A stretch of DNA of 64,000 nt from an uncultured delta proteobacterium (GTDB taxonomy: Bacteria > Myxococcota_A > Polyangia > Fen-1088). Numbering within the stretch: the stretch's first letter is position 1; each line of letters begins with the position of its first letter. Location: contig CAVTRY010000016.1 in NCBI GenBank assembly GCA_963737265.1, positions 96,001-160,000 of the forward strand, in the 5' to 3' direction. Below are positions 39,417 to 48,683 of the stretch, in pieces. A program made the position numbers and the translations under genes. The notes beneath the pieces were generated by a model. It saw only the letters and a list, made by a program, of their open reading frames with translations, had not been told where the DNA came from and searched no databases.

Positions 39417-40260
39417 GGGGTGGTGCCGCTTGGGTGGTGCCGCTTGGGTGGTGCGCTTGGGTGGTGCCAGGGTCTTTCTGAAAACGGGACGAACGGCGTC
39501 CGGTGCGCTTGGGTGGTGCCAGGGTCTTTCTGAAAACGGGACGAACGGCGTCCGAGATCGCCAGTATTCGAGCGGATAGCGGACAAATGCGAGGGTCAGG
39601 ACGGCGGTTTTGTCGTGAAACCTGGCGGTTTCGAGCTGTCCAGGGCCAAGAGCGAGGCGGCGGAAGAGTGAGCCTCCATGCGCCGGCACACGCCGGACAG
39701 ACCTGTTCCTTCTCTGCCGGCGGTCCAGTCCCGGTCCAGTCCAATCACCACGAATCGAGACCAGCCCCGTCAGGCCGGTGCGTTGAACGGCAAGGCGCCG
39801 CTTGGGTGCGCCGCTTGGGTGCCAGGGTCTTTCGCGCCGCTTGGGTGCCAGGGTCTTTCGCGAGACGCCGTGGGTGGTGCCCGTGGGTGGTGCCAGGGTT
39901 TTTCTGAAAACGACAAGGCCCGTGGGTGGTGCCAGGGTTTTTCTGAAAACGACAAGGCGGTGCGCGGGGGTGGTGCCAGGGTCTTTCTGAAAGCTGGAGG
40001 AACGCTTGGGTGGTGCCGGGGTCTTTCTGAAAACGGGACGAACGGCGCGGGGATGGTGCCGCGGGGGTGGTGCCAGGGTCTTTCTGAAAGCTGGAGGAAC
40101 GCTTGGGTGGTGCCAGGGTCTTTCTGAAAACGGGACGCACGGCGTCCGAGATCGCCAGTGTTCGAGCGGATAGCTGTCGCTTGGGTGGTGCCAGGGTCTT
40201 TCTGAGGAGCTAAAGGAACGCTTGGGTGGTGCCAGGGTCTTTCTGAAAACGGGACGAACG
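39417..40260 (+). repeat. Large array of left-anchored direct repeats
   Basis: About 18 starts of CG(C/T)..GGGTGGTGCC(AGGGTCTTTCTGAAAACGGGACGAACGGCGTCC), units 13 to about 290 bp, all in one orientation. Confidence 0.92.
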
Positions 40261-41155
40261 GCGTCCGAGATCGCCAGCGTTCGAGCGGATAGCGGACAAG
40301 GGCGAGGGTCAGGACGGCGGTTTTGTCGTGAAACCTGGCGGTTTCGAGCTGTCCAGGGCCAAGAGCGAGGCGGCGGAAGAGTGAGCCTCCATGCGCCGGC
40401 ACACGCCGGACAGACCTGTTCCTTCTCTGCCGGCGGTCCAGTCCAATCACCACGAATCGAGACCTGCCCCGTCAGGCCGGTGCGTTGAACGGCAAGGCCG
40501 GCGGGAAAGCCCCGAGGGGAAACATCTCCCTGATCTCGCGGGCGCGGTCGCGCAGGCGCAGGGCTCCGGCGCGAAAAGCGTCGACGAAGGCACGGTAGCG
40601 GATACGGAATTCCTGCTCCGTCGAGTCGTCGCTTGCGTGGACGAAAGGTGCCGGGCTGCGATCGGTGGTTGTGGGCTTTGCGTGCGGATCTTGGGCGAGG
40701 ATGGCGGCGACACCCATGGGAGACCGCCCCTTCTCCTTGTTTTCGGCCTCGGCCGTGGCCTGGATCTCGCCGACGATGCGGCGGCACTCGGCTCGGCGGT
40801 GGTCAGCCGTCAGGTGTTCCAGGCACGGCAATGGAGTGAGCTCGAACGTCGAAGGTGGTCGCGAACTGCGACGGGAACACGGTCTCGCCACGCTGGCGGG
40901 CAAGAAACTCGGCGCTCCGGTCGAACCAGGTGTGAAGTGGACCCCTTTGGTAGGACCAGAAATGGCCCGAGCTAAGAGAGAGTCCGCGTGGGTTTGTTTG
41001 TAGATCCGGGTGAGCCTCGCCGGCAAGGAAATTGTTGAGAGCGGAGGCATGCTGATGGCTGCTGTCCACGGATGCAATGCGCGCACGGCCCCACAGAAGC
41101 AGGTGAACGCGTTGCAGTTGTGGGCAGCGTGCCATCAGCATGATGCAGCGGCGAT

Positions 41156-41992
41156 TTAGGCGGCCTCTTTCATCGCCGACTTCTTTAGTTCGAATTCGTA
41201 AAACGCTACGGGTGTCTGAAATCCAAGGGTTTGGTGAGGCCGCCTGTGGTTGTACTTGTCCAGGTAGATCGCGATGCCACTGCGGGCGTCGGCCACGTCT
41301 CGGTAGTCGTTCAAGTAGACCTCCTCGCATTTGACAGACCGCCATAGACGCTCGACGAAGATGTTGTCCATGAATCGGCCGCGACCGTCCATGCTGACCT
41401 TTACGCCCTTGTCCAGCAAAACCGATGTGAAGTTGTCGTCGGTAAACTGCGACCCCTGGTCGGTGTTGAAGATCTCCGGCAAGCCGAAGTTCGCAAGAGC
41501 TTCTTCCACGACCTCGATGCAAAAACGGCTGTCCATCGTGTTTGAAATGCGCCAGGACAGAACCCGGCGCGTGTACCAATCCATCACGGCGACCAGGTAG
41601 CAATGCCCCTGTCTCGTCGGGATGTACGTGATATCCGAGGCCCACACCTGATTGGGCCGAATGATCGCGAGATGGCGCAGCAAGTACGGGAATTTCGTAT
41701 GTTCCGGCGCGGGGACGGTCGTCCGTGGTTTGGGCGCCAGCGCTTCGATGCCCATGATTCGCATCAGTCTCTGCACCCGTTTGCGATTCACCGTCTGCCC
41801 CTGTGCCTTTAGCAACCGTGACAGCTTCCGGCTGCCGAATGCTGGCAATTCGAGATGCAGCTTGTCCAGCTCCTTGCAGATGGCCAGATCTTCCTCTGCC
41901 ATCGGCATCGGCTCCCAGTAGATGCCCGATCTCGCAAGATTCAGCAGCTCGCACTGCCGACGGACAGATAGGTCGTTGTGGGGCTCGATCAT
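41156..41992 (-). CDS. IS3 transposase OrfB (DDE)
   Basis: PNQVWASDITYI, FNTDQGSQF, DNIFVERLWRSVKCE, YNHRRPHQTL. Confidence 0.95.
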   Translation of the reverse strand: MIEPHNDLSVRRQCELLNLARSGIYWEPMPMAEEDLAICKELDKLHLELPAFGSRKLSRLLKAQGQTVNRKRVQRLMRIMGIEALAPKPRTTVPAPEHTKFPYLLRHLAIIRPNQVWASDITYIPTRQGHCYLVAVMDWYTRRVLSWRISNTMDSRFCIEVVEEALANFGLPEIFNTDQGSQFTDDNFTSVLLDKGVKVSMDGRGRFMDNIFVERLWRSVKCEEVYLNDYRDVADARSGIAIYLDKYNHRRPHQTLGFQTPVAFYEFELKKSAMKEAA

Positions 41993-42006
41993 GGCGCGCT
42001 TCTCCG

Positions 42007-42300
42007 TCAGCGAATGCGCGCGAGCCCGCGTGCTAAAAAATCATTCTCCAGCGTCAGCTGCCCCACCTTGCGCAGCAATTCCGATTCGCGTTCGGCGTTC
42101 GCCGATTCCTCTGCATTTGCATGGCCTGGTTCGAAAACCATGGCCAGCCGTGTGACGGCTTCCTTCTTCCACTTGTGAACCAGGTTCGGGTTGATCTTGT
42201 ATCGGCGCCCGATCTCCACAACCGTTGCCTGCTCCCGCATGGCTTCGAGAGCTACCTGCGCCTTGAAGAGTGCTGTGTGCTTTTGGCGGTTCGTTTTCAT
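42007..42300 (-). CDS. IS3 transposase OrfA
   Basis: HTH FKAQVALEA..VHKWK, zipper VGQLTLENDFL; slippery TTTTTTA at 42034-42040. Confidence 0.92.
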   Translation of the reverse strand: MKTNRQKHTALFKAQVALEAMREQATVVEIGRRYKINPNLVHKWKKEAVTRLAMVFEPGHANAEESANAERESELLRKVGQLTLENDFLARGLARIR

Positions 42301-42921
42301 CGTGTCCTGCCTCGTTGTTGAGGCGGACTACACCTTAGCTCCTGGTCCCATTTTTGGGGTCCACTTCAGTGCCACGCAGAATCTCGCCGGTGGTGAGGGC
42401 CGCGACGCAATTGGGACCCGGCCACGCGCCAGCAGACCCGACCAGGCCCTCCTTCGCGCCGTGGGCCAAGATGTATCGAAGGCGCGCGTGCGCGGCCCTT
42501 TCGTCGGCGACGACGATGGAGCGGTAGCGGCGAGACCACAGGCGCTCGCGCCACAGATAGAGCCGCCCCGCCTCCTTGGCGACGTTGGCATTCACGAACT
42601 GCATGAAAAGCGCGAGTTGACCGGCGCTGGCCGGCGAGAGGAGAAAATGGGCATGCGTGGAAAGGAATACGAAGGCATGGATGGTCATGCCGTAGAGAGA
42701 CTGGGCCTTGCCGATCACGCCGAGGACGATGGCGGTAAGCTCGGGCGAGGGCTTGAGTAGCAGCCTTCCCTGCAACGTACGGGTGGTGATCTCGACGACG
42801 GAGCGCTCGGGGATGAAACGGAGTGGCCGCAGCATACCGGACTATCGGCAAGGAAAGGCGCAAAGTTGCCCCCGCTGACCTGACCCCGGACAACCTCCGC
42901 GTTCTGAAGTAGCATCTCGCC

Positions 42922-45102
42922 GTGGCTGCGGCGACAACCTCGATCTTGCTGCTCCTGGCTTTGAGCGGTGCCGCCCCATCATGCCCCAAGAATGAAAGGA
43001 CTGGCCGCGAGGCTGGTACCAGAATTTTTCTCGGCGGAGTCTATCGCGAGGCTGGTGCCAGAGTTTTTCTCGGCGGCGCCATCTATCGGTTCAAACTGGA
43101 TGCCGCTGGCGATGTCGCGGAAGAATGCGGCTTCGACGGACTTTTGCGCAAATACGAGCGCGACCTGGCCGGCCGAGTGAAGAAGGTTCTGCGCCCAGGG
43201 GCGAGATTCTCCGAATACGGTTACGATCCAGCCGGCCGAGTGGTCGCCGTCAAGCACAGCGACGGCAGCGAGGAGCAGTTCGCGTACCGCCCCGATGGCG
43301 CCATGATCCAAGCCGGGAACGCCAACGGCGTACTAGCGCTAGAGCGCGATCTGCTCGGCCGCCTGGTGCGGGAAGGCCAGGACGGCCACTTCGTCGAGAG
43401 CCAGTACGACCTGCGCGGCCTGCGCAGCCGCATGACTTCGTCGTTCGGACACGTGCAGGAAATCGAACGCAACGTGATGGGCGACGTGACCGCCATCCGC
43501 GCCGGGGGCGGCTACCTGGCGCCCAAGGACGCGGGCGAGGCGGCGAAGCCCGCGGACATGTTCGAAGCGCGCTTCACCCGCGATCAGCTGGGCCAAGAGC
43601 TGGAGCGCACCCTGCCCGGTGGTGTACGCAGCCGCTGGGAGCGCGACAAGCTGGGCCGCCCCGTGAAGCACGAAGTGTGGTCGGGAAACAAAGCCATCGC
43701 CGCTTGGGCCTACACCTGGGACGTGAACGACCGCCTGCGCATGGTCGTCGACGCGCTCAAGGGCCCCGTCAGCTACGAGCACGATGCTTTCGGCAACCTG
43801 GCCAAAGCCGTCTATGCCGACGGCCAAGTCGACCTGCGCATGCCCGACGCCGTCGGCAACCTGTTCAAGACCACCGACAAGAAAGACCGCAAGTACGGCC
43901 CCGCCGGCCAGCTATTGGAATCGCGGGGCGCCGACGGCGTCACGAAGTACGAATACGACCCCGAAGGCAATCTCGCCAAGAAGATCCTGCCCGACGGCAG
44001 CGAGTGGAAGTACGAGTGGAACGGCGCCGGCATGCTGGCCAAGGTCGTTCGCCCCGACGGCAAGACGGTAGAATTCGGCTACGACGCCCTCGGCCGCCGG
44101 GTCTGGAAGAAATACGGCGCCAAGACCACCAAGTGGATCTGGGACGGCAACGTCCCCGTCCACGAGTGGGTCGAGGTGGATCCGTCCGTGGAAGCTCCGC
44201 CGCCGCAGCAAGAAGCCGTGGAATGGGAAACCGGGCTGACCGCCCGCAAGTTCATGCTGACCAAGCGCTTCGCGCAAGGTCCCCCCTTGTCCGATCCCCT
44301 CTCCCACTGGGAGAGGGCTAGGGTGAGGGAAAATGCGACGGGAACAGCCGCCGCCCCCATCACCTGGGTCTTTGAGCCCGAAAGCTTCGCTCCCCTCGCC
44401 AAGCTAACCGCCATCGCAAGGTTCGTCATCGTCACCGACCACCTCGGCACGCCCACCGCCATGCTCGACGAGCGGGGGAAGGCGGTGTGGTCCGCCGACA
44501 TCGGCGTGTACGGCAACTTGCGAAACGTCGTCGGCGAGAAGGCGGCGTGTCCGTTTAGGTGGCCGGGGCAATACGAGGACGAAGAGACGGGGCTGTATTA
44601 CAACCGGTTCCGGTACTACGACCCGGGGGCGGGGGAGTATGTCAGTCAGGATCCGATTGGGCTCCGCGCAGGACTCCAATTTGCATCGTACGCCAGAGAT
44701 CCGTTGGCCCATATAGATCCGTTGGGCCTCAGCTGCGTGCCACCTGATCCTGAGGTTGCCGATGCAATTGCGTCTGGACGACCGATCGTAGTTGTCGGCC
44801 GCAGCATGGGACGGGTTGGGCCGGTTGCCGATGCGATTCGGGCAGCGGGAGGGGATGTGAAGACATACAATCCCAGAAACTTCCGTACTACGCCTGGCAA
44901 TATCGAGCCGAAGGACGTGGCGGCGAATCGGTCATGGCTCAAGTATTGGGCAAAGGATCGGAACGCATTGATTGTCGATATCGGATACGACCCCGCCAAA
45001 CCAGGAGTCGCGGGGCCGTTCTACGGCGTAGAACGGGCGTCCCTATACAAGAACTGGGCGTCCGATGGCGTCGACGTTGTTCCGTACAACCCCGGATTCT
45101 AA
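42922..45102 (+). CDS. Rhs cassette 5 (leader + repeat fused to a mosaic core; toxin family A variant)
   Basis: 43072-43830 is a diverged rhs paralog, then the common core; DPLGL followed by SCVPPDPEVADAIASGRPIVVVGR..YNPGF. Confidence 0.9.
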   Translation: MAAATTSILLLLALSGAAPSCPKNERTGREAGTRIFLGGVYREAGARVFLGGAIYRFKLDAAGDVAEECGFDGLLRKYERDLAGRVKKVLRPGARFSEYGYDPAGRVVAVKHSDGSEEQFAYRPDGAMIQAGNANGVLALERDLLGRLVREGQDGHFVESQYDLRGLRSRMTSSFGHVQEIERNVMGDVTAIRAGGGYLAPKDAGEAAKPADMFEARFTRDQLGQELERTLPGGVRSRWERDKLGRPVKHEVWSGNKAIAAWAYTWDVNDRLRMVVDALKGPVSYEHDAFGNLAKAVYADGQVDLRMPDAVGNLFKTTDKKDRKYGPAGQLLESRGADGVTKYEYDPEGNLAKKILPDGSEWKYEWNGAGMLAKVVRPDGKTVEFGYDALGRRVWKKYGAKTTKWIWDGNVPVHEWVEVDPSVEAPPPQQEAVEWETGLTARKFMLTKRFAQGPPLSDPLSHWERARVRENATGTAAAPITWVFEPESFAPLAKLTAIARFVIVTDHLGTPTAMLDERGKAVWSADIGVYGNLRNVVGEKAACPFRWPGQYEDEETGLYYNRFRYYDPGAGEYVSQDPIGLRAGLQFASYARDPLAHIDPLGLSCVPPDPEVADAIASGRPIVVVGRSMGRVGPVADAIRAAGGDVKTYNPRNFRTTPGNIEPKDVAANRSWLKYWAKDRNALIVDIGYDPAKPGVAGPFYGVERASLYKNWASDGVDVVPYNPGF
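43006..43075 (+). repeat. Two variant motif copies at the rhs breakpoint
   Basis: CGCGAGGCTGGT(A/G)CCAGA(A/G)TTTTTCTCGGCGG twice, read in frame as REAGxRxFLGG. Confidence 0.8.
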
Positions 45103-45103
45103 A

Positions 45104-45608
45104 ATGGAAAAGCTGGTTTCTTCCTTCAATGAAATCTTCACCAAGACAGCGCTCGAACGCGTTCTCGTTCCTTGTCAAGAGAAGAGACTTTGAATTCTGC
45201 GACGTTTGGCATGATCGGAATGCCGACCCACGTGATCTTGAGACAAAGATCCGTTATCGGAGTCCACGAGTCTTCGTTGATATCGTCCTGACCGAGGTCG
45301 ATCTTGGACTCTTTGTCTTCGCATGGAGAATTCCAACGGGCGCTGCTCGCGGTGCGTGTTGGGCACTGCAGCCGACTGGTGTCGTGAACTTCGACCTATA
45401 CCTTCAAGATCACTTCGGGGATAGTCTTCCGCCGCTCTTCCTGGATTTGAAGAAGCCGATCTATTTGACAGAGATGTACAATCAACAGTCACGAAAATAC
45501 GCGCGACTCCTTGCGGCTCGACTGCCGGAGGCAATTCGAGGCACAGCAGGGCGTCTCGAGAAATACGGCAGGGAACTACTTGACGGCATCCCCTCTGCAT
45601 TCACGTAG
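45104..45608 (+). CDS. Putative immunity protein, family A (probable frameshift near 45155)
   Basis: ATG 1 nt after the toxin stop gives MEKLVSSFNEIFTKTAL; the homologous AFSFLV..FC..DPRD continues in another frame (alternative in-frame ATG at 45129). Confidence 0.68.
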
Positions 45609-45630
45609 AGTCTCGCTGTGGTCTTCATAG

Positions 45631-46932
45631 CGCTTGGGTGATGCGCTTGGGTGGTGCCAGGGTCTTTCGTGTCCTTCCGTGCTAGGTGCCCGTGCTAGGT
45701 GCCAGAGTCTTGATTAAGGCTTACGTCAGGACGGTGCGTGCTAGGTGCTGCGTGCTAGGTGCCAGAGTCTTGATTAAGGTTTGCGTCAGAACGGTCCCCC
45801 AAGTTCTGTACGGTCGAGTTGATTGAGACCTGATGGGAACTATCTGCCGCTTGGGTGGTGCCAGGGTCTTTCTGAAAACGCTTGGGTGGTGCGCTTGGGT
45901 GGTGCGCTTGGGTGGTGCCAGGGTCTTTCTGAAAACGCTTGGGTGGTGCCAGGGTCTTTCTGAAAACGGGACGAACGGCGTCCGAGATCGGCAGCGTTCG
46001 AGCGGATAGCGGACAAGGGCGAGGGTCAGGACGGCGGTTTTGTCGTGAAACCTGGCGGTTTCGAGCTGTCCAGGGCCAAGAGCGAGGCGGCGGAAGAGTG
46101 AGCCTCCATGCGCCGGTACACGCCGGACAGACCTGTTCCTTCTCTGCCGGCGGTCCAGTCCAATCACCACGAATCGAGACCAGCCCCGTCAGGCCGGTGC
46201 GTTGAACGGCAAGGCCGGCGGGAAAGCCCCGAGGGGAAACATCTCCCTGATCTCGCGGGCGCGGTCGCGCAGGCGCAGGGCTCCGGCGCGGAAAGCGTCG
46301 ACGAAGGCACGGTAGCGGACACGGAATTCCTGCTCCGTCGAGTCGTCGCTTGCGTGGACGAAAGGTGCCGGGCTGCGATGGGTGGTTGTGGGCTTTGCGT
46401 GCGGATCTTGGGCGAGGATGGCGGCGACACCCATGGGAGACCGCCCCTTCTCCTTGTTTTCGGCTTCGGCCGTGGCCTGGATCTCGCCGACGATGCGGCG
46501 GCACTCGGCCTCACCACGTGGGGAGCCGGCCAGCTTTGCTGGCCGCGTACCATCGCGGGAAGGTTTGGAAACACTCCTAGGGTTTCCAAGTCAGAATCGG
46601 TCAGCCGTCAAGTGTTGCAGGCACGGCAATGGAGTGAGCTCGACGTCGAAGGTGGTCGCGAACTGCGACGGGAACACGGTCTCGCCGCGCTGGCGGGCAA
46701 GAAACTCGGCGCTCCGGTCGAACCAGGTGCCACGCAGAATCTCGCCGGAGTGGCCGCGGCATGCCGGACTATCGGCAAGGGAAGGCACAAAGTTGCCCCC
46801 GCTGACCTGACCCCGGACAACCTCCGCGTTCTGAAGTAGCATCTCGCCGTGCCTGTGGCGACAACCTCGATCCTGCTGCTCGTGGCGTTGAGCGGTGCTG
46901 CCCCGGCATGCCCCGAGAACGAAAGGACTGGC
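45631..46932 (-). mobile_element. Junction element E4: repeats (two motif variants) + deleted transposase (46189-46762) + leader
   Basis: CGCTTGGGTGGTGCCAGGGTCTTT and CGTGCTAGGTGCCAGAGTCTTG arrays at 45631-45960; same internal deletion and insert as E1. Confidence 0.85.
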
Positions 46933-47392
46933 GCCGTCATGGGGCTCGTGGGAACGGCCACGACACCCAATGCCCTGGCCGCCGGCATGGCCGCGGCGCA
47001 AACCGCCGTCGATACCGCCAAGATGGCCGTCGCCGCCCTGATCCGGGCACGCCCCCGTGTATCGGCGCCATCTTGATGGGCACGCCCACGGTGCTCATCG
47101 GCGGCATTCCGCTGCCGCCCCTCGAAAACTGCGCGCGCGCCTTCTACATGAATCGGACACCATCTACCAGATGAACGCCGACAACGCGGTGGTGTCGGTC
47201 ACCGACGCGTTGGGCGCCGTCACCAAATACGAATTCGACGACTGCTACAACAAGGTCGCCGAAACCGACCCGCTCGACCACACCACCCGGTGGGCGTTCG
47301 ACGAACGGGGCAATTGCACCCAGGTCATGCACCCCAACGGCGCCGAGACTTCGCTTTTCTACGACGAGCGCAATGCGGTGATTCGCGCCGTT
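46849..47392 (+). pseudogene. Rhs cassette 6 remnant (N-terminal fragments only)
   Basis: Leader + PAAR-like fragment, frameshift at about 47040, large deletion at about 47152, homology ends at about 47391. Confidence 0.85.
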
Positions 47393-47644
47393 ATCGCCGT
47401 CACGGTGCCAACCGTCTTTCTGATGTTCGTCGCGTGGTTCATGCCGTGGGCAGCCATCTATGCCAACATCGACCTGAACGCCGACGTTCAGCAGCCTGTG
47501 CCAGCCGACGACCGAGCGCAGCCACCGCAAAAGTGACCCGCGGCCCGATCGCACCAGCCGTTGCGCAAGTCGTTGCGCCAGGGGCCGGGGACGACTAGGC
47601 GCGAAGTTGGCCCGCTAAACTACCCGCACCGCATCGGCTCGGAA

Positions 47645-48535
47645 CTACGGCGGCATACCCATGGCAGCGCGGACGGCGATGAACTCCTCGCTCCGCCGTC
47701 CGCCTGGACCGCGCACCACGAGCGGAGGTTCCATGACGAGGGGTTCGGCGTGCTCGGCTTTGCGCATGGCGAACACGCACAGCAGCGGCTCTTTGCCGGT
47801 GCGAGGAACGATCTCACGCCAACGAACCAGGGCAAGGCCGGCAGCGCGTGCCGCCGGCTCGACGCGATCGCGCTGAGTCCAGGCTTGGCAAGCCACGAAC
47901 GGCGCATTGGGCGCCAAACGAGGCGTGGCCGCCGTGCAGTACGCTTCGATCCCACCGCGGTGCTCGAAACGGCAGGGGCCGCGCTGGATGCGGTCCGATT
48001 GCGGCCCGGCGTCGAGGGGGAAATAGGGAGGCGTGCCGGTCACGAGGTCGAAGGGCGCTTGCTGAGCAAGGTCGAGCGAGTCGCGAAGGTCGTGCACGAA
48101 AATCTGGGCACGATCCGCGATGCCGTTCCATGCGAGCGAACGGTTGGCCAGGCCAGCGGAGATCTCTTGCGCCTCGACGCCGAGGAGTCGCGCACCCGGG
48201 AAACGCCAAGCGAGAAACAACAGCACGCTGCCGATGCCGCAGCCAAGATCGAGGCAGCGCACCGGCGGCTTGTCCGCTACGAGCGACGCGGCCAGGTGAG
48301 CGGTCACGAGATCGTCGAGGGATGTCCGGTGCCCGTCGAGCCGCTGCAGGATGCGCCAGTTACCTGCAAGCCAGCACAGATCCTCCTGCAAATCCGGCCA
48401 CAAGGGATCGAGGTCGGCGGGAATCGCGGGAGTCGGTCCCGATGCGCTCCAGCCCACCGGTCGGCGGGCCGCGCGCAGCACGCCTCCGTGCGGCGAAACT
48501 TGATCGACGGGACCTGGCAACAAGGAGATCGGCAC
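47645..48535 (-). CDS. SAM methyltransferase, tRNA1(Val) m6A37 (TrmN6/YfiC)-like
   Basis: GHRTSLDD, LDLGCGIGS, GVEAQ, FDLVTGTPPYF, CRFE. Confidence 0.85.
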   Translation of the reverse strand: MPISLLPGPVDQVSPHGGVLRAARRPVGWSASGPTPAIPADLDPLWPDLQEDLCWLAGNWRILQRLDGHRTSLDDLVTAHLAASLVADKPPVRCLDLGCGIGSVLLFLAWRFPGARLLGVEAQEISAGLANRSLAWNGIADRAQIFVHDLRDSLDLAQQAPFDLVTGTPPYFPLDAGPQSDRIQRGPCRFEHRGGIEAYCTAATPRLAPNAPFVACQAWTQRDRVEPAARAAGLALVRWREIVPRTGKEPLLCVFAMRKAEHAEPLVMEPPLVVRGPGGRRSEEFIAVRAAMGMPP

Positions 48536-48683
48536 GGCCTGCGAATAGTATCAGACAGTTATTGAAGGGAGGGCCGCAGCCATCGCCTCGTCCGCGAAGC
48601 AAATTCGCGGACTTCACCCCACCTGCGGCCGAGCTCTTGGCTCGGCTGCTGGGGAACTATCCAATTCTTGGACGTTTTTCACT

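Larger units (their letters stand above)
40933..42368 (-). mobile_element. IS3-family insertion sequence (1436 bp)
   Basis: TG..CA ends, inverted repeats TGAAGTGGACCCC, 3-bp target duplication GTG (40930-32 / 42369-71). Confidence 0.95.
40219..43005 (-). mobile_element. Junction element E3: Y1/HUH transposase (40472-42835) disrupted by IS3 and a +1 frameshift
   Basis: N-terminal ORF 42335-42835 with THAH; C-terminal part lacks the 90-bp insert (LTADHRRAEC); extra A near 40845. Confidence 0.88.

Noticed and set aside
39417-40260. CRISPR array
   Set aside because: Unit lengths are highly irregular, the would-be spacers are mostly copies of adjacent element sequence, and there are no cas genes in the window.
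21513-45102. Diversity-generating retroelement behind the toxin variation
   Set aside because: No reverse transcriptase, and differences between tips are not restricted to adenines.
27837-46932. Classical REPIN or IS200/IS605 (TnpB) element
   Set aside because: The repeats are all direct, with no inverted REP pairs, and there is no tnpB.
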